A stretch of DNA of 64,000 nt from an uncultured bacterium (GCA_964387845.1 CAYLXA010000001.1:224001-288000), one strand, 5' to 3'; shown: positions 10,571-20,324, counted from the stretch's first letter. Numbers and translations: made by a program. The notes: a model not told the origin generated them from the letters alone.

Positions 10571-11814
10571 GAAAGCATACCTCGCTTGAGCGCTTCCAGT
10601 TTCGCCTCGAGAATGCGGAAATTCGCAACACCTTGAATGAAATAAATCCGCGACTTTAAATAATCCTGATAAGCTTCAAAAACCTGAAGACGAGAGGCTT
10701 CGTTAACAATCATTTTCGTTTTTTCATTCTCATAGACCTCTTTCTTTTCCCGTTCAGCGGCTTTGTCTGCCTGAATCTTCTTCCTCGCAACTTCTAATTG
10801 AACCGACATGGCCTTGATCTGCCGTTCAAACTGTTTTATCTCAATCTCACCCTGCAGTTCCGCTTCCTCAACTTCCAGTCTTTTAGCTTGCACGAGATCC
10901 CGTGTCCGTCCAAAGTCCCAAATGTTCCACACGCCTTCAACGCCGAATTCGTAACGGTTCTGGTCCAGAAAGGAATCCTTGGCAACCTTGTACCGGTTTA
11001 GAACTGAAATCTGTGGATAAAGCGAAGAGCGCTCCCTCTTTTCTTCCAATCGCTTTTCTTGGGCGCGCAGCTTCACTTCCTGATAAATGGGATTTTCAGA
11101 ATATTGACTCAAGTCCGGTTTGAACCGTTTAAGATCTTGGAGGGGTTCAAGATCAATGCGAAAATCATCGGGCAGTTTCAAGAGATCTCGCAATAGGTCA
11201 ACCCCGTAATCCATCGTTTTCTTATGACTGACGAGCTCATACTGCGCAGATTTGTATAACGCTTCTGCGCGGTAAACTTCACGTTTTGTAATGAGCTCTT
11301 TTTCATGAAGCGCTTTAAAAGAGCGGTAAATCCTCTCTGACTCTTTCAGCCATTCTTGAGCAAGCAGAGTCATTTCCTTTTCCGTTATTGTTTGAATGAA
11401 AAGCGTCCTGACCTCAAACTGAACGCGCTCACGCTCATTTGAAATCTCGAGCTTCACCTGCTCTTTCTTAACAGAATGAATTTGCGCTTCGCTCCGTGCT
11501 TTCCATCCGTCAAATACCGGAAACACGATTTCGTTGGTCCAAAATAAAACGCCGGAATCCTTCTGCGTGACGGCTGCGCCGTAAGCGCTCGTTCTTACAT
11601 AAGGCCAGCAGAACTTCTTGGCATGTTTCAGCAGCGCTTGTTCCTTTTCAAGGCGGATTTGAAGCAGACGGATGCCCTCGTTGTCATTGAGCACCCGTTC
11701 AAAAGCTTCGTCCAACGTTAAGAGCTTTCCCGCTGGAAGGCCTTCTTCCGGAAACGCGGATGCCGCGTTTCCAAGAAGAAGCATGATGAGTAAACCTGCC
11801 CGCAACAATCTCAT
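10567..11814 (-). CDS. TolC-like outer-membrane efflux protein (OMF family)
   Basis: Signal peptide. A duplicated coiled-coil/beta architecture of ~415 aa. The stop overlaps the GT2 start. Confidence 0.65.
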   Translation of the reverse strand: MRLLRAGLLIMLLLGNAASAFPEEGLPAGKLLTLDEAFERVLNDNEGIRLLQIRLEKEQALLKHAKKFCWPYVRTSAYGAAVTQKDSGVLFWTNEIVFPVFDGWKARSEAQIHSVKKEQVKLEISNERERVQFEVRTLFIQTITEKEMTLLAQEWLKESERIYRSFKALHEKELITKREVYRAEALYKSAQYELVSHKKTMDYGVDLLRDLLKLPDDFRIDLEPLQDLKRFKPDLSQYSENPIYQEVKLRAQEKRLEEKRERSSLYPQISVLNRYKVAKDSFLDQNRYEFGVEGVWNIWDFGRTRDLVQAKRLEVEEAELQGEIEIKQFERQIKAMSVQLEVARKKIQADKAAEREKKEVYENEKTKMIVNEASRLQVFEAYQDYLKSRIYFIQGVANFRILEAKLEALKRGMLS

Positions 11815-11819
11815 CCTGT

Positions 11820-12065
11820 TTAGTCCGCCTTCCCGCTGCCCGTCTCGTCCATCAGCCGCTCAATGCCCTGCTTGAATTCGGCCAGCTTCGTCACGGCGAT
11901 AAACAATCCCTTTCCCGTGGCTTCTTTTGAGCCGTCTTCATGTATGTGATAGACCTGAATGTCCGCATAGGGCTTTCCCTTGTAATCCTTCACCGCAAAC
12001 TGCACTTCTTCGTATTTTGATTTTTCGAAGCTGTGCACCTTTCTCTTGTCGTAATATCTGCTCAT
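11820..12065 (-). CDS. PC4-like (transcriptional coactivator p15/YdbC-like) ssDNA-binding protein
   Basis: YDKRK...YKGKPYADIQVYHIHEDGSKEATGKGLFIAVTKLAEF matches the PC4 fold motif KGxPYvDiR...KKGi. It is a paralogue of 23142..23369. Confidence 0.6.
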   Translation of the reverse strand: MSRYYDKRKVHSFEKSKYEEVQFAVKDYKGKPYADIQVYHIHEDGSKEATGKGLFIAVTKLAEFKQGIERLMDETGSGKAD

Positions 12066-12083
12066 GCTTGTTCTCCTTTTTCA

Positions 12084-12980
12084 TTAAATCCCGTCCAGCA
12101 AAATCACCTGAATCGGGGTAAACCCGTCAACCGTGACGGATGTCTCGACTTTTACGTTCCGTAAATCCTGCCGGGCCTGGCCCGTTAAATTCTGGGCAAG
12201 GTTCATTCTGAGATTATCTTCCAATGAATAGGGGTCTCTGCTCACACCGCCTGCAAACAGACTCACCCCCGCAAGCGCTGTTTCGCCCACCGCTTTCAGA
12301 ATCCTCATGTCCGTCTGCTTGCTTACGCGCCCTTTGATGCCCGCTGAACCGTCCTCTGAAAGGGCAATCGCTCGAATCCGCCTTTCACTGCCGTCAGGCA
12401 TAATCAAAAGTTCAAAACGTACGTTGATGCGGTTGAGACTTTTTAAGACACCCGCTTCACCTAGAAACTTGGAATCCTTGGGGATAACAACTTTTCCTTC
12501 TGCTTCAAAATCTTTTGTAATAACCGCGGTTACAGGCGCCGCGACATTGAATGAAAAGATCGTATCCTTCACGAAGGCGGGAATCTTCGTGCCGGATGGA
12601 ATATTAAATTTCTGAAGCGTGGTTGATTGCGTGCCGTAAACGCTTTGGCTTCTTTTTTCCTCTTCCTTAAAAAGAAAGACATCGATATCCGTGTTGTAGT
12701 TTCTTGCTTTCCTGACCGGCCTTGCGCCGGAGAGTGCGGATGGTTTACCGTTTGATGCCTTAGGCGGCCCCGCAAAATCCGATTGGCCAAATATCTTCCT
12801 GCCGGCAGTCTCAGAATTCTTCGTGGGTTCCCCCTTATCCGTGCGCCTTTTCTGCTTGGCGCTTTGAGAATAGAAGAGAACAAGAATCATGAGCACAAGC
12901 AGTAAGACCAGCAAGACCCTGTGCTTCTTCGCCGCGCGCAACAATGTTAAGAGAGATGTCGATTTTCTAAATTCAGTCAT
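12084..12980 (-). CDS. trbI: T4SS component TrbI/VirB10
   Basis: N-terminal TM. A Pro-rich linker. The C-terminal domain IPSGTKIPAFVKDTIFSFNVAAPVTAVITKDFEAEGKVVIPKDSKFLGE...IMPDGSERRI matches the TrbI/VirB10 barrel. Confidence 0.8.
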   Translation of the reverse strand: MTEFRKSTSLLTLLRAAKKHRVLLVLLLVLMILVLFYSQSAKQKRRTDKGEPTKNSETAGRKIFGQSDFAGPPKASNGKPSALSGARPVRKARNYNTDIDVFLFKEEEKRSQSVYGTQSTTLQKFNIPSGTKIPAFVKDTIFSFNVAAPVTAVITKDFEAEGKVVIPKDSKFLGEAGVLKSLNRINVRFELLIMPDGSERRIRAIALSEDGSAGIKGRVSKQTDMRILKAVGETALAGVSLFAGGVSRDPYSLEDNLRMNLAQNLTGQARQDLRNVKVETSVTVDGFTPIQVILLDGI

Positions 12981-12990
12981 AATTATTTCC

Positions 12991-14007
12991 TCAATCTAGC
13001 CAGCGAAAGCCTTCGATCCGTAAGTTGCGCTCTCCCTCATCTTCAAACAGGAGGACTACCGGCTTTTCGCCTTTCTTCAAGGATCGTCTGTCAAATTGAA
13101 TGATGCCGTACTGATAAGAATCCGGAGCTACGCTTTTTTCACTCTTAAGATCAGACGGCAGTTCGACCAAGCCTTCTTTGACTTTGCGCAGACCCAAAGA
13201 TTTTTTCTCATAAGTCTGAAGCCCTACGACCATTTCCCTGATTTTGTAATCTGTTTTCGATAAATTACGAATACTGAACCTAAGATACGCTTTCTCGCCA
13301 ATCGTGGAGATGGTTAATAGGTTGAGCCTCACACCGCCCTCCTCTGCGTAATCTTTCAGCTGAACCGCTTCATTTCCTTTTTTGATTTCCTCTTTCAATT
13401 TTTCTTCGGACAAGTCCTCGGCTTTCGCATCAAGCGCTTCTTCCTTCTGTTTAAACTTTTCTTTTATAGCCGTTTCGGTTTCGTTAACCCGCTTTTCAAA
13501 TGCGTTGTCTACGATCATGTCCTCATCCGGATACCTGAAATCAATTACGAAATCAGCTGTTTCGGGTTTCCCGACCGTAACATCAAAAGTAAGCCGCGAG
13601 GATTGCGTCATGATAGTCAGATTTGTCCGCGCATCAGGATCATCCGTGACCGGTTTTATAATGACTTCCTTCTCAAAAACGCCGACTTTGAAGAGTTCCT
13701 GATCTCCGATAAACACCTTGAGCGCGGGCTCTGGCAGATCGATTGTGGAAGCATAACCGAGAGCTGTTTGGAGTTTGTAAACCACGTTCGGCCTCATGCT
13801 TGCGGAGTAAATCCTCTTCTCGCTAACGGAATTCCTATTGATCCGTTTTCTTTCGGCTACAGCGTCCTGCGGCACCTGGTCTGGGTTGGCGACGCTAAGC
13901 TCTGCTTGCTCTACGCTATTTAAATCCTTCCCAAATTCCTCTGCGCAATAGCCATCGTGCGCAAGTGCAATTAAAATTACTGCGATTAAAGTAAAGCATT
14001 TCATCAT
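12991..14007 (-). CDS. trbG: T4SS component TrbG/VirB9
   Basis: Signal peptide. A ~340-aa secretin-like outer-membrane-complex protein. The position between trbF and trbI matches the P-type order. Confidence 0.65.
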   Translation of the reverse strand: MMKCFTLIAVILIALAHDGYCAEEFGKDLNSVEQAELSVANPDQVPQDAVAERKRINRNSVSEKRIYSASMRPNVVYKLQTALGYASTIDLPEPALKVFIGDQELFKVGVFEKEVIIKPVTDDPDARTNLTIMTQSSRLTFDVTVGKPETADFVIDFRYPDEDMIVDNAFEKRVNETETAIKEKFKQKEEALDAKAEDLSEEKLKEEIKKGNEAVQLKDYAEEGGVRLNLLTISTIGEKAYLRFSIRNLSKTDYKIREMVVGLQTYEKKSLGLRKVKEGLVELPSDLKSEKSVAPDSYQYGIIQFDRRSLKKGEKPVVLLFEDEGERNLRIEGFRWLD

Positions 14008-14663
14008 GATTTCTGTTCATCCTTTCTTGACAAATCATTGAGAATCAACTCTTTGTAACCATCCACAAGAAGACCTTCGGGCGTGTTTGAACTTCGGGAG
14101 ACTTTCTTTAAAACGATATCTGCGCGGAATAAGATTTCCTCCCGGAAGGACGGTTCGTCATATCTCGAGATTCGCCTGACACCAAGGAGCGAAACAACCG
14201 CGGCATCGGGTGCATCACGCTCGATTTTCGTTTCTTTAAATTCAAGTTGGGTGTCAATTTGAGCGGTCTTCAGTTTTTCAACCAAGCCCGAATCAATAAG
14301 TGATTTTCTAGCCTCATGTTGAAGCCTCGTGGTCATTAAATTGAAGGCTTCCGCGAGGTCTTTTGTGACTGTGTACGAATTAAAGCCCGTATATCTGAGC
14401 GTAAACCGTTTTGATAGGGCAATGATTTCATGGTGCGTGGGCTCGTTATGTTTTGGCAGGTCTCGAATTACTTGTGCGCCCTCAACTTCTGAAACTCTGA
14501 TGACTACCGGAGGTTTCATGCCTAATATGACGGAACCCGCAAAGGCAAGCAGCACGATGAAGGCAAGTATAAGGTTGGCTTTCCTTAAGAATTGAATTTC
14601 CATTTCGAGGTCGCCAAAAGCTTCAAAGTAGCGGCGTTTGACCTTTGCAATGATTTCGCTCAT
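14004..14663 (-). CDS. trbF: T4SS component TrbF/VirB8
   Basis: Bitopic protein with an N-terminal TM and a periplasmic NTF2-like domain, at the expected position. It shares 4-nt overlaps with its neighbours. Confidence 0.6.
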   Translation of the reverse strand: MSEIIAKVKRRYFEAFGDLEMEIQFLRKANLILAFIVLLAFAGSVILGMKPPVVIRVSEVEGAQVIRDLPKHNEPTHHEIIALSKRFTLRYTGFNSYTVTKDLAEAFNLMTTRLQHEARKSLIDSGLVEKLKTAQIDTQLEFKETKIERDAPDAAVVSLLGVRRISRYDEPSFREEILFRADIVLKKVSRSSNTPEGLLVDGYKELILNDLSRKDEQKS

Positions 14664-15505
14664 GAATTTCCTCCTGAGTAATTCGTCTGCCCTCTGCGGC
14701 TAGGAGTGAACCGGACAGCCGGAATGTGCCGCACGATTCTTTCCATGATTCTTCCGCCGATGCCGAACACTCGTCCGCCCGCCTGCGTGAAACCTTCTGC
14801 GCCCCGGATCATCATCAAAGAAATCATGGGCACAAAGAAAAGTATGATCAAAATGATGATGACGTTCATCGCAAACAAATCAAGATTGAGCGTTTGGGTA
14901 TTGGTGTAAAACTCGAAGAAATTAAGTTCGAAGAGAATACGGACAAAAAGAGACAACACGACGTTCCAATTCAACACTTCAAAGAGCCAGCGTACCCATA
15001 TCCGTGCCATGCCGGGCTGGAAAATACCGACACCCAAGAAGACAGGCCCTGAGATATAAAGCGCTGAAAGGAAAACGATCCTCACCCATCCAAATCCCCG
15101 AAGAATTGCGTAGGATATGTTGTAAGTTCCCTGCATCATCAAATCGAGAAAAGTCATCTTAAGAAGCGCAAGCATTCCCAGGTCATGATTTTGACGATAA
15201 GCCGTGAAAATCTTCTGTATCTGGTCTTTAAATTCTTCAGCCGGCATGAAGAAATTGGCAAGCAAATCCATTCCTCTTGAAACTTCTTCAAAGAAGGGCG
15301 TATAAATTGAATAAAGGCCGGTGATGAGCAGGACTCGGACGAAAAGTCCCGCGTAGTCGCTCCGCCCCTCCATTCCGTGCAAAAATTCTTTAATCAAGGC
15401 GAGTGTTAGAAACACGAAGATAAAACTGTAGCCGACTTCCCGAACCTCATGATAGAAGGCCGCGAAAATAGTGATGATTTCTTGGGTGGTGGGAAGTGAA
15501 CTCAT
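14660..15505 (-). CDS. trbL: T4SS component TrbL/VirB6 (polytopic inner-membrane)
   Basis: 5-6 TM helices, Trp-rich, at the expected position. Confidence 0.6.
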   Translation of the reverse strand: MSSLPTTQEIITIFAAFYHEVREVGYSFIFVFLTLALIKEFLHGMEGRSDYAGLFVRVLLITGLYSIYTPFFEEVSRGMDLLANFFMPAEEFKDQIQKIFTAYRQNHDLGMLALLKMTFLDLMMQGTYNISYAILRGFGWVRIVFLSALYISGPVFLGVGIFQPGMARIWVRWLFEVLNWNVVLSLFVRILFELNFFEFYTNTQTLNLDLFAMNVIIILIILFFVPMISLMMIRGAEGFTQAGGRVFGIGGRIMERIVRHIPAVRFTPSRRGQTNYSGGNS

Positions 15506-16296
15506 CAGCCCGGCCTTCCCAAACTTTCAATACCAAGCTGCATCTCGCGCATATATTTAAGACGCTCCCGCTCGAAGCGCTTTTCATCGCGCGACACTTG
15601 CTCTAATTTGGTTGCTTCAACCTCAAGCAACTTGGCGAATATTTCCTGATTCTCTTGCGTAACGACAATCAATTTTCCGGAGGCATCCGCTGAAAGTCTT
15701 GCCGCCCCTTTTGGACTTGCCGTCTGCGATAATTCTTGAATGGTCTCGCCCGCTTGCTTTGTTTCATCTGAGCGCTTTCTAATTTCATGCGCCATTAAGT
15801 AAGCTTCGCCCACCTGCGATTCATCAAATGTGATATAGGGACGCTCCACAGATTGAGGGTCCATTCCATGAATGGTTTCAATATAGGACTTGATGCCTGA
15901 CGGGTCGCCGTAACCTTCAAGTATGGTCCCCAAATTTCGGATGGCGTCTTGTTCAACGGACGGTTCGAATCCAGCAAGGAATCCATCCCGAAATGTCGAC
16001 TGTGAATCTCTGAAGGCCCGCGCCGCATCCTGGACAAAACTTCTCACGAATTCTTCGATGCCAGCGTTAAAGCGCATCATTTCCTGATACGTGTTTTCAA
16101 GTTCCGTAAGCTGATCGAATAATACGATAATTTCCTGTGCAAACTGATTTTCCATCAAGGAATTGCGAAGTTCATTCAGCGCGGCATTGACAAAATCAAT
16201 CACAGGCAGATCCGCCTTCGCTGTGCCGGGGCAGACGGCTAGGCTTGCTGCTAAGTAAAGCGAGATGACCGTCAACCTTAATTTTGGTGATTTCAT
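15505..16296 (-). CDS. trbJ: T4SS component TrbJ/VirB5-like
   Basis: Signal peptide followed by an all-coiled-coil ~260-aa protein, at the expected position after VirB4. Confidence 0.55.
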   Translation of the reverse strand: MKSPKLRLTVISLYLAASLAVCPGTAKADLPVIDFVNAALNELRNSLMENQFAQEIIVLFDQLTELENTYQEMMRFNAGIEEFVRSFVQDAARAFRDSQSTFRDGFLAGFEPSVEQDAIRNLGTILEGYGDPSGIKSYIETIHGMDPQSVERPYITFDESQVGEAYLMAHEIRKRSDETKQAGETIQELSQTASPKGAARLSADASGKLIVVTQENQEIFAKLLEVEATKLEQVSRDEKRFERERLKYMREMQLGIESLGRPG

Positions 16297-18773
16297 ATGG
16301 CAGGAGCCTCCTTACGCCACGTGATTCCTCGCGGATATTTACCCGCGAGTATTCTCAGCCGTTCCAACTCACTCAAACTTGGCTCCATTGCGCGGAGCCT
16401 TTCCTCCTCGATTTGGTCGTTGGGCTCTGTTGTTGCAATCCAGTAGTCAAGGGGCGAGGGCTCAAGCTTAGCCGTGACAGCTTTGTTAAAAAACTTGATG
16501 AAGATTTCGGAGAAAACACCGGGCCTTATTTCCAATTCTTCGCAAGCGCTGACCTCATTCGGATTCAGGTCAAACTTAGACAGCAATTCATGCCCCTTTT
16601 GAAGCTTTAAAATGTATTTCACGTAGGAATTGGAAAGAATGGCGGGTGCCGCCTTTGATTGAAGAAAATCCACAGGGCTTTGGCTGATTGAAAGAACGAG
16701 ACCGTTTGTCTTTCTGGCTGTTCTGTAAAGCTCTTCAATCAGCTTTGAGCCGACATCGTCATTAAAAAAGCGCCATCCTTCGTCAATGACAATGATTTTG
16801 CGGAGCGAAATGTCACCCAGTTTTCTAGCAATGGCGGATCGGATCACAAAAAAAAGAATGGATTGCAGTTCAGGGTGCTGTGAAAGCTTGCCCAAGTCAA
16901 AAACAATGAATCGGTTATCAAAAGTCAGGCTGCTTTGCCGGTTCAAGAGCCTGCCAAAGCGACCTTCGGTCCACATGCTTAAATTCTTTGAGAATTGATA
17001 CGCTTTCCGCTTGTCCTCGTCATCACCCGCCGCATAATTTCGAAGAATCATTTGCACATCGCCCAAAAGAGGTCGGTGTGTATCCTGAATGCTTTCGTAG
17101 ACTTTCAGAATTGATTGTTCAAGAATTCGAAGCTCTGAACTTTTCACTCTCTCCCTCTCAGAGACCATCTTTTCAAGCAGGGTGCTCAGAAAACCTAAAA
17201 GATCGGCGTTCACTTCGCCGGGCTTTGGGAATAATTGACGTTTCTCAGGAAATAGGTTAAGCGCATATTCTTCCGTGCAGTCGATTTGCAAGTAATGACC
17301 GTCAAATAAACGCGCAAGTTTTTTATAACTGCCGCCCATATCGATTACGATAACGTGATTCCGATCTCCTGCGATGAGAAAACTGCTCAGCAAATGATTC
17401 GCAGTGAATGACTTCCCGGAACCCGTGCTCCCAATCATGACTGCATGCTTCGCCGGAAGCGACGGATCAAAAAGATTAAGCGCAAACCCTTCGTCTTCGT
17501 GAGTTTTGAGCAAAATATCGAAGTCATCCGTTCCCTTCCATTCTTCCCCGAGCGGCAATAGATGGCTCAATGCGCCTGTTAAGACAGGAAACACGGATTG
17601 ATTTTGATCGGCCTGCAGGGGTAAATGTGACAGAAACAACGTGTCATGCTCCAAATGATCGAAGATTCCGACTGAGCCGCCCAGTTTCGGGAAAGCTTTC
17701 AAAACAGCTTCCTTCTTACGAGCAAGCGCCGCTTCGTCCTTTGCCTTAATGAGCACAGAAAGCGAGATATCAAAGACGCTTTCGCCTTGCTCGGCCATTT
17801 GATGAAGAAATGATTCGTATTGGGACGCCTTTTGCCTTGCAAAGTGATCCTCTGAAATCCGGAAGAAGGCGTTTGCGTGCGCGAAATTGGCTCTGATTCG
17901 AAGCTTGCCAATTTCTTTGTCCTGGTCTTTCTTCCTAAGAGTAATCATCCATTCTGAATCATCCGGCATAAGGCGATCAAATGACTTAATCATTTTCAAG
18001 CCGACATGGCCGGGCAGCGTCCTTAAATTAGCAGCCGAATGAAAATAACCGTCCATATAAAGCGAATTTCTGTAAATTTTGGGCGGATGAAGCAAGAGCC
18101 GCGACCTCAGCGTTTCAAACTTGGGATTGGTTAATGGATTCTCCTGAAACGCGTCTTCGTATCGGACAATCTGAGATAGTGAAGGATTAAGTTTCCTGTA
18201 GTACTCGCGGATAACGTCCATTGCGGAAAGTCTCTCGACCGTGACACCCAAGGCCTTCAACGCCGTGATGATCAACGACTCAGCTTGAAGCAGATAAGCC
18301 TTGCCTTCTTCATGATTTGAGCGATGAAATGATCTTGACCGCTTCCGTTTTTTCTCAGGGCTTAAATGGCTTAAAAACAAAAAAATTTCCTTTTTTACCA
18401 AACGCGAATTTGTTAGTACATTTACTTTCTCCCGCACGATCACGTTGACCAATGGGTCTTGGCGTGAGGTGTTCGCTTGACACCTCCCGAGCATCTCATC
18501 GTCGCCCCGGCTTGAGCGTTTAACGAATGACAATAAAATCCCTGAGGGCAGCCGATTCAGCAGTTTCTGAAGTTCATGCATGAACGCGACTATTTCGGCG
18601 TCATCATAAAGAAGGTAATCAACACCTGAAACTTTATAGACAAGCGCCATTCGCCCTGAAACCCCGACGGCTAAGCCATCTTCTTCAACAGCCATGAGAT
18701 CAAGTGCCGGGAAAAATGGAACGCGTTGCAGTGAGTCGCTCAATTCTTTAATCGTCAGCAATGTTTCCATCAA
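16293..18773 (-). CDS. trbE: T4SS ATPase TrbE/VirB4
   Basis: 826 aa. Walker A GSTGSGKSF, and a Walker B/DExx region. This is the CagE/TrbE/VirB4 architecture. Confidence 0.85.
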   Translation of the reverse strand: MMETLLTIKELSDSLQRVPFFPALDLMAVEEDGLAVGVSGRMALVYKVSGVDYLLYDDAEIVAFMHELQKLLNRLPSGILLSFVKRSSRGDDEMLGRCQANTSRQDPLVNVIVREKVNVLTNSRLVKKEIFLFLSHLSPEKKRKRSRSFHRSNHEEGKAYLLQAESLIITALKALGVTVERLSAMDVIREYYRKLNPSLSQIVRYEDAFQENPLTNPKFETLRSRLLLHPPKIYRNSLYMDGYFHSAANLRTLPGHVGLKMIKSFDRLMPDDSEWMITLRKKDQDKEIGKLRIRANFAHANAFFRISEDHFARQKASQYESFLHQMAEQGESVFDISLSVLIKAKDEAALARKKEAVLKAFPKLGGSVGIFDHLEHDTLFLSHLPLQADQNQSVFPVLTGALSHLLPLGEEWKGTDDFDILLKTHEDEGFALNLFDPSLPAKHAVMIGSTGSGKSFTANHLLSSFLIAGDRNHVIVIDMGGSYKKLARLFDGHYLQIDCTEEYALNLFPEKRQLFPKPGEVNADLLGFLSTLLEKMVSERERVKSSELRILEQSILKVYESIQDTHRPLLGDVQMILRNYAAGDDEDKRKAYQFSKNLSMWTEGRFGRLLNRQSSLTFDNRFIVFDLGKLSQHPELQSILFFVIRSAIARKLGDISLRKIIVIDEGWRFFNDDVGSKLIEELYRTARKTNGLVLSISQSPVDFLQSKAAPAILSNSYVKYILKLQKGHELLSKFDLNPNEVSACEELEIRPGVFSEIFIKFFNKAVTAKLEPSPLDYWIATTEPNDQIEEERLRAMEPSLSELERLRILAGKYPRGITWRKEAPAI

Positions 18774-19033
18774 ATTTCCTCCCGTGTCTGTGTGAAATAG
18801 GCGGGCATGAAAAAATAACGAATCAAATTCTTAGTAAACCTGTCTGCCTTATTCCTTTTGTAATATCTGAGAAATAAATAGACCGCGAAGACAAATGAAA
18901 GATTGACCATGAGATTCTTTGAGCCGAGAAAGACCATAAGATAGACCGCTAACAAACCAAGCAAGTCCATCCATTCAAGACCGAAGAATTTGTTTTTTTG
19001 TGTAATCATTGGATACATCGTTATTGGCTTCAT
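18770..19033 (-). CDS. trbD: T4SS component TrbD/VirB3
   Basis: 87-aa two-TM protein immediately upstream of VirB4, with overlapping stop and start. Confidence 0.6.
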   Translation of the reverse strand: MKPITMYPMITQKNKFFGLEWMDLLGLLAVYLMVFLGSKNLMVNLSFVFAVYLFLRYYKRNKADRFTKNLIRYFFMPAYFTQTREEI

Positions 19034-19034
19034 G

Positions 19035-19337
19035 CTAAAACCCCGTCACATTCTTTATTAAGTCAAGCACTGCTCGGGCAAGCATAATGAGCGCTCCGCC
19101 CCCTGCTGCCAGGGCACCGCGCCTCATGCCTTGTTCATTTCCAAGCGCCATTGAAATACCAGATACCGCAATTCCGATCACAAGTATTCCAGGACCTACG
19201 CTCTGTATTAGAAAAGTCCCAACAGCATCCAGGAAATAGCCCAACTCTTCTTGATTCTGCGCCTCCGCATACGCAATGCCCGCGTGAAGATAAATAGCCG
19301 TCAGTATCACAAGATATTTCGCAATCATTTTCCGCAT
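19035..19337 (-). CDS. trbC: T4SS pilin TrbC/VirB2
   Basis: A 100-aa product from MRKMIAKYLVILTAIYLHAGIAYA (signal peptide) with two hydrophobic helices. Consensus RBS AAGGTG. The longer ORF-track start at 19430 runs through a conserved non-coding motif and is rejected. Confidence 0.65.
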   Translation of the reverse strand: MRKMIAKYLVILTAIYLHAGIAYAEAQNQEELGYFLDAVGTFLIQSVGPGILVIGIAVSGISMALGNEQGMRRGALAAGGGALIMLARAVLDLIKNVTGF

Positions 19338-19358
19338 ATATTCACCTTGGGGGATAGC

Positions 19359-19376
19359 GGGGTCAATTTTGACCCC
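19359..19376. promoter_or_regulatory. Perfect palindrome GGGGTCAATTTTGACCCC in the trbC leader. It is either an operator or a 5'-UTR hairpin.
   Basis: 8-bp arms around a TT centre, between the conserved promoter motif and the trbC RBS. Confidence 0.4.
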
Positions 19377-19412
19377 GCCCTTTGGAACAGCCGCATGCGC
19401 TGTAAAAGTCCC

Positions 19413-19462
19413 CTCATAGATGTTGTGCAAAAACGGGCATTTCGTAACAAGAAATTTAAAAT
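19413..19462 (-). promoter_or_regulatory. Conserved ~50-bp promoter/operator element, copy 1 (upstream of the trb operon)
   Basis: ctcatagatgttgtgcaaaaacGGGcatttcgtaacaagaaatttaaaat is about 88% identical to 26639..26688. The second copy is upstream of the traG/relaxase operon. Confidence 0.55.
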
Positions 19463-19468
19463 CCCATC

Positions 19469-19837
19469 TTAAAATTTATTTTTCAGTATCTGGATTCCCA
19501 CATATTTCTTGAGTTTGGTCGCAGCCCTGCGTATATGCATCCGTACGATCGCGCTATCTGAAATATTCAACTCTTCTGCTATTTCCAGATTGCTCAATCC
19601 TTGCAATGTTAATCTGACGCACTCACGCTCTCTCTTAGACAGCCCGGCACGACTTATGGCTCGTCTTGCCATTTCTTTCTGTTCATTTTCAATCAGCACC
19701 TCGACCGGCGAGGGCTGAGTGGCCACCTTCTTCAGAATTTCTTGATGCAAATCGGTTTTTGGGTCATTTTCGATCTTCTGAAAATCGACACCGATACGCA
19801 CCGTTCTCTTTGTTTTCCATTGAGTGTTGTTTTCCAT
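19469..19837 (-). CDS. Small sigma-70 region-4/LuxR-type HTH regulator
   Basis: RERECVRLTLQGLSNLEIAEELNISDSAIVRMHIRRAATKL is a sigma-70 r4 HTH. The gene is immediately upstream of the trb promoter motif. RBS GGAGGTGG. Confidence 0.6.
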   Translation of the reverse strand: MENNTQWKTKRTVRIGVDFQKIENDPKTDLHQEILKKVATQPSPVEVLIENEQKEMARRAISRAGLSKRERECVRLTLQGLSNLEIAEELNISDSAIVRMHIRRAATKLKKYVGIQILKNKF

Positions 19838-19940
19838 TTTCCACCTCCATATGGTGGAAAATGGGCGAATACCTCCTTCTATAACTCTTTAACTAATAAA
19901 TACTTACGATAATTTTATAGGCGAATATACGGATAGACAC

Positions 19941-19991
19941 AAAAAAAGACACCTGTAAGCGGACGAGGGCGGAAGGAATTCCGCCCTCGTT
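19941..19991 (-). terminator. Rho-independent terminator after the 19998..20312 gene
   Basis: 11-bp stem GACGAGGGCGG/CCGCCCTCGTT. On the minus strand it is followed by a T-run (forward aaaaaaag). Confidence 0.55.
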
Positions 19992-19997
19992 TCACAC

Positions 19998-20312
19998 TTA
20001 ATTCCTAATCCTCCGGATTGTTGAGATCCAAGCTTGAAGATCGCGATTCAAGAATCGCAACCGTTCAGCAATGTTTGCCATTGGAGGCTTCTGCTCGATG
20101 ACCTCAATACTCTTTGCGCCTGCCGAATTCGGCTGTCTGGCTTGGAGCCATCCCGCAAACGATTGGGCAAAGAAGCAAATTGCTAAGACCACCGGAGCGA
20201 TGAGAAACATTAAATTGATAAAGGCAGCCAGCATGCACTTCAGCAAGAAAATGGTGAAATTCCGCAGCCTGCCTAATGCCTTTTTTATTTCGGTTAGAAT
20301 GAATTGTTTCAT
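19998..20312 (-). CDS. Small membrane protein of unknown function
   Basis: 104 aa, two hydrophobic helices, followed by a terminator. Confidence 0.4.
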   Translation of the reverse strand: MKQFILTEIKKALGRLRNFTIFLLKCMLAAFINLMFLIAPVVLAICFFAQSFAGWLQARQPNSAGAKSIEVIEQKPPMANIAERLRFLNRDLQAWISTIRRIRN

Positions 20313-20324
20313 TTTGAATTATCC

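Noticed and set aside
8073-11814. Possible type I secretion system (HlyD plus TolC)
   Set aside because: No ABC transporter is present. The gene between them is a processive GT2 synthase with its own membrane channel, so a synthase-dependent polysaccharide exporter is the more coherent reading.
19035-19430. Long (131-aa) version of the trbC ORF starting at 19430
   Set aside because: The extra 31 N-terminal codons run through the conserved non-coding promoter element (19413..19462) and the GGGGTCAATTTTGACCCC palindrome. The internal Met has a good RBS and begins a signal peptide, so the short form (19035..19337) is preferred.
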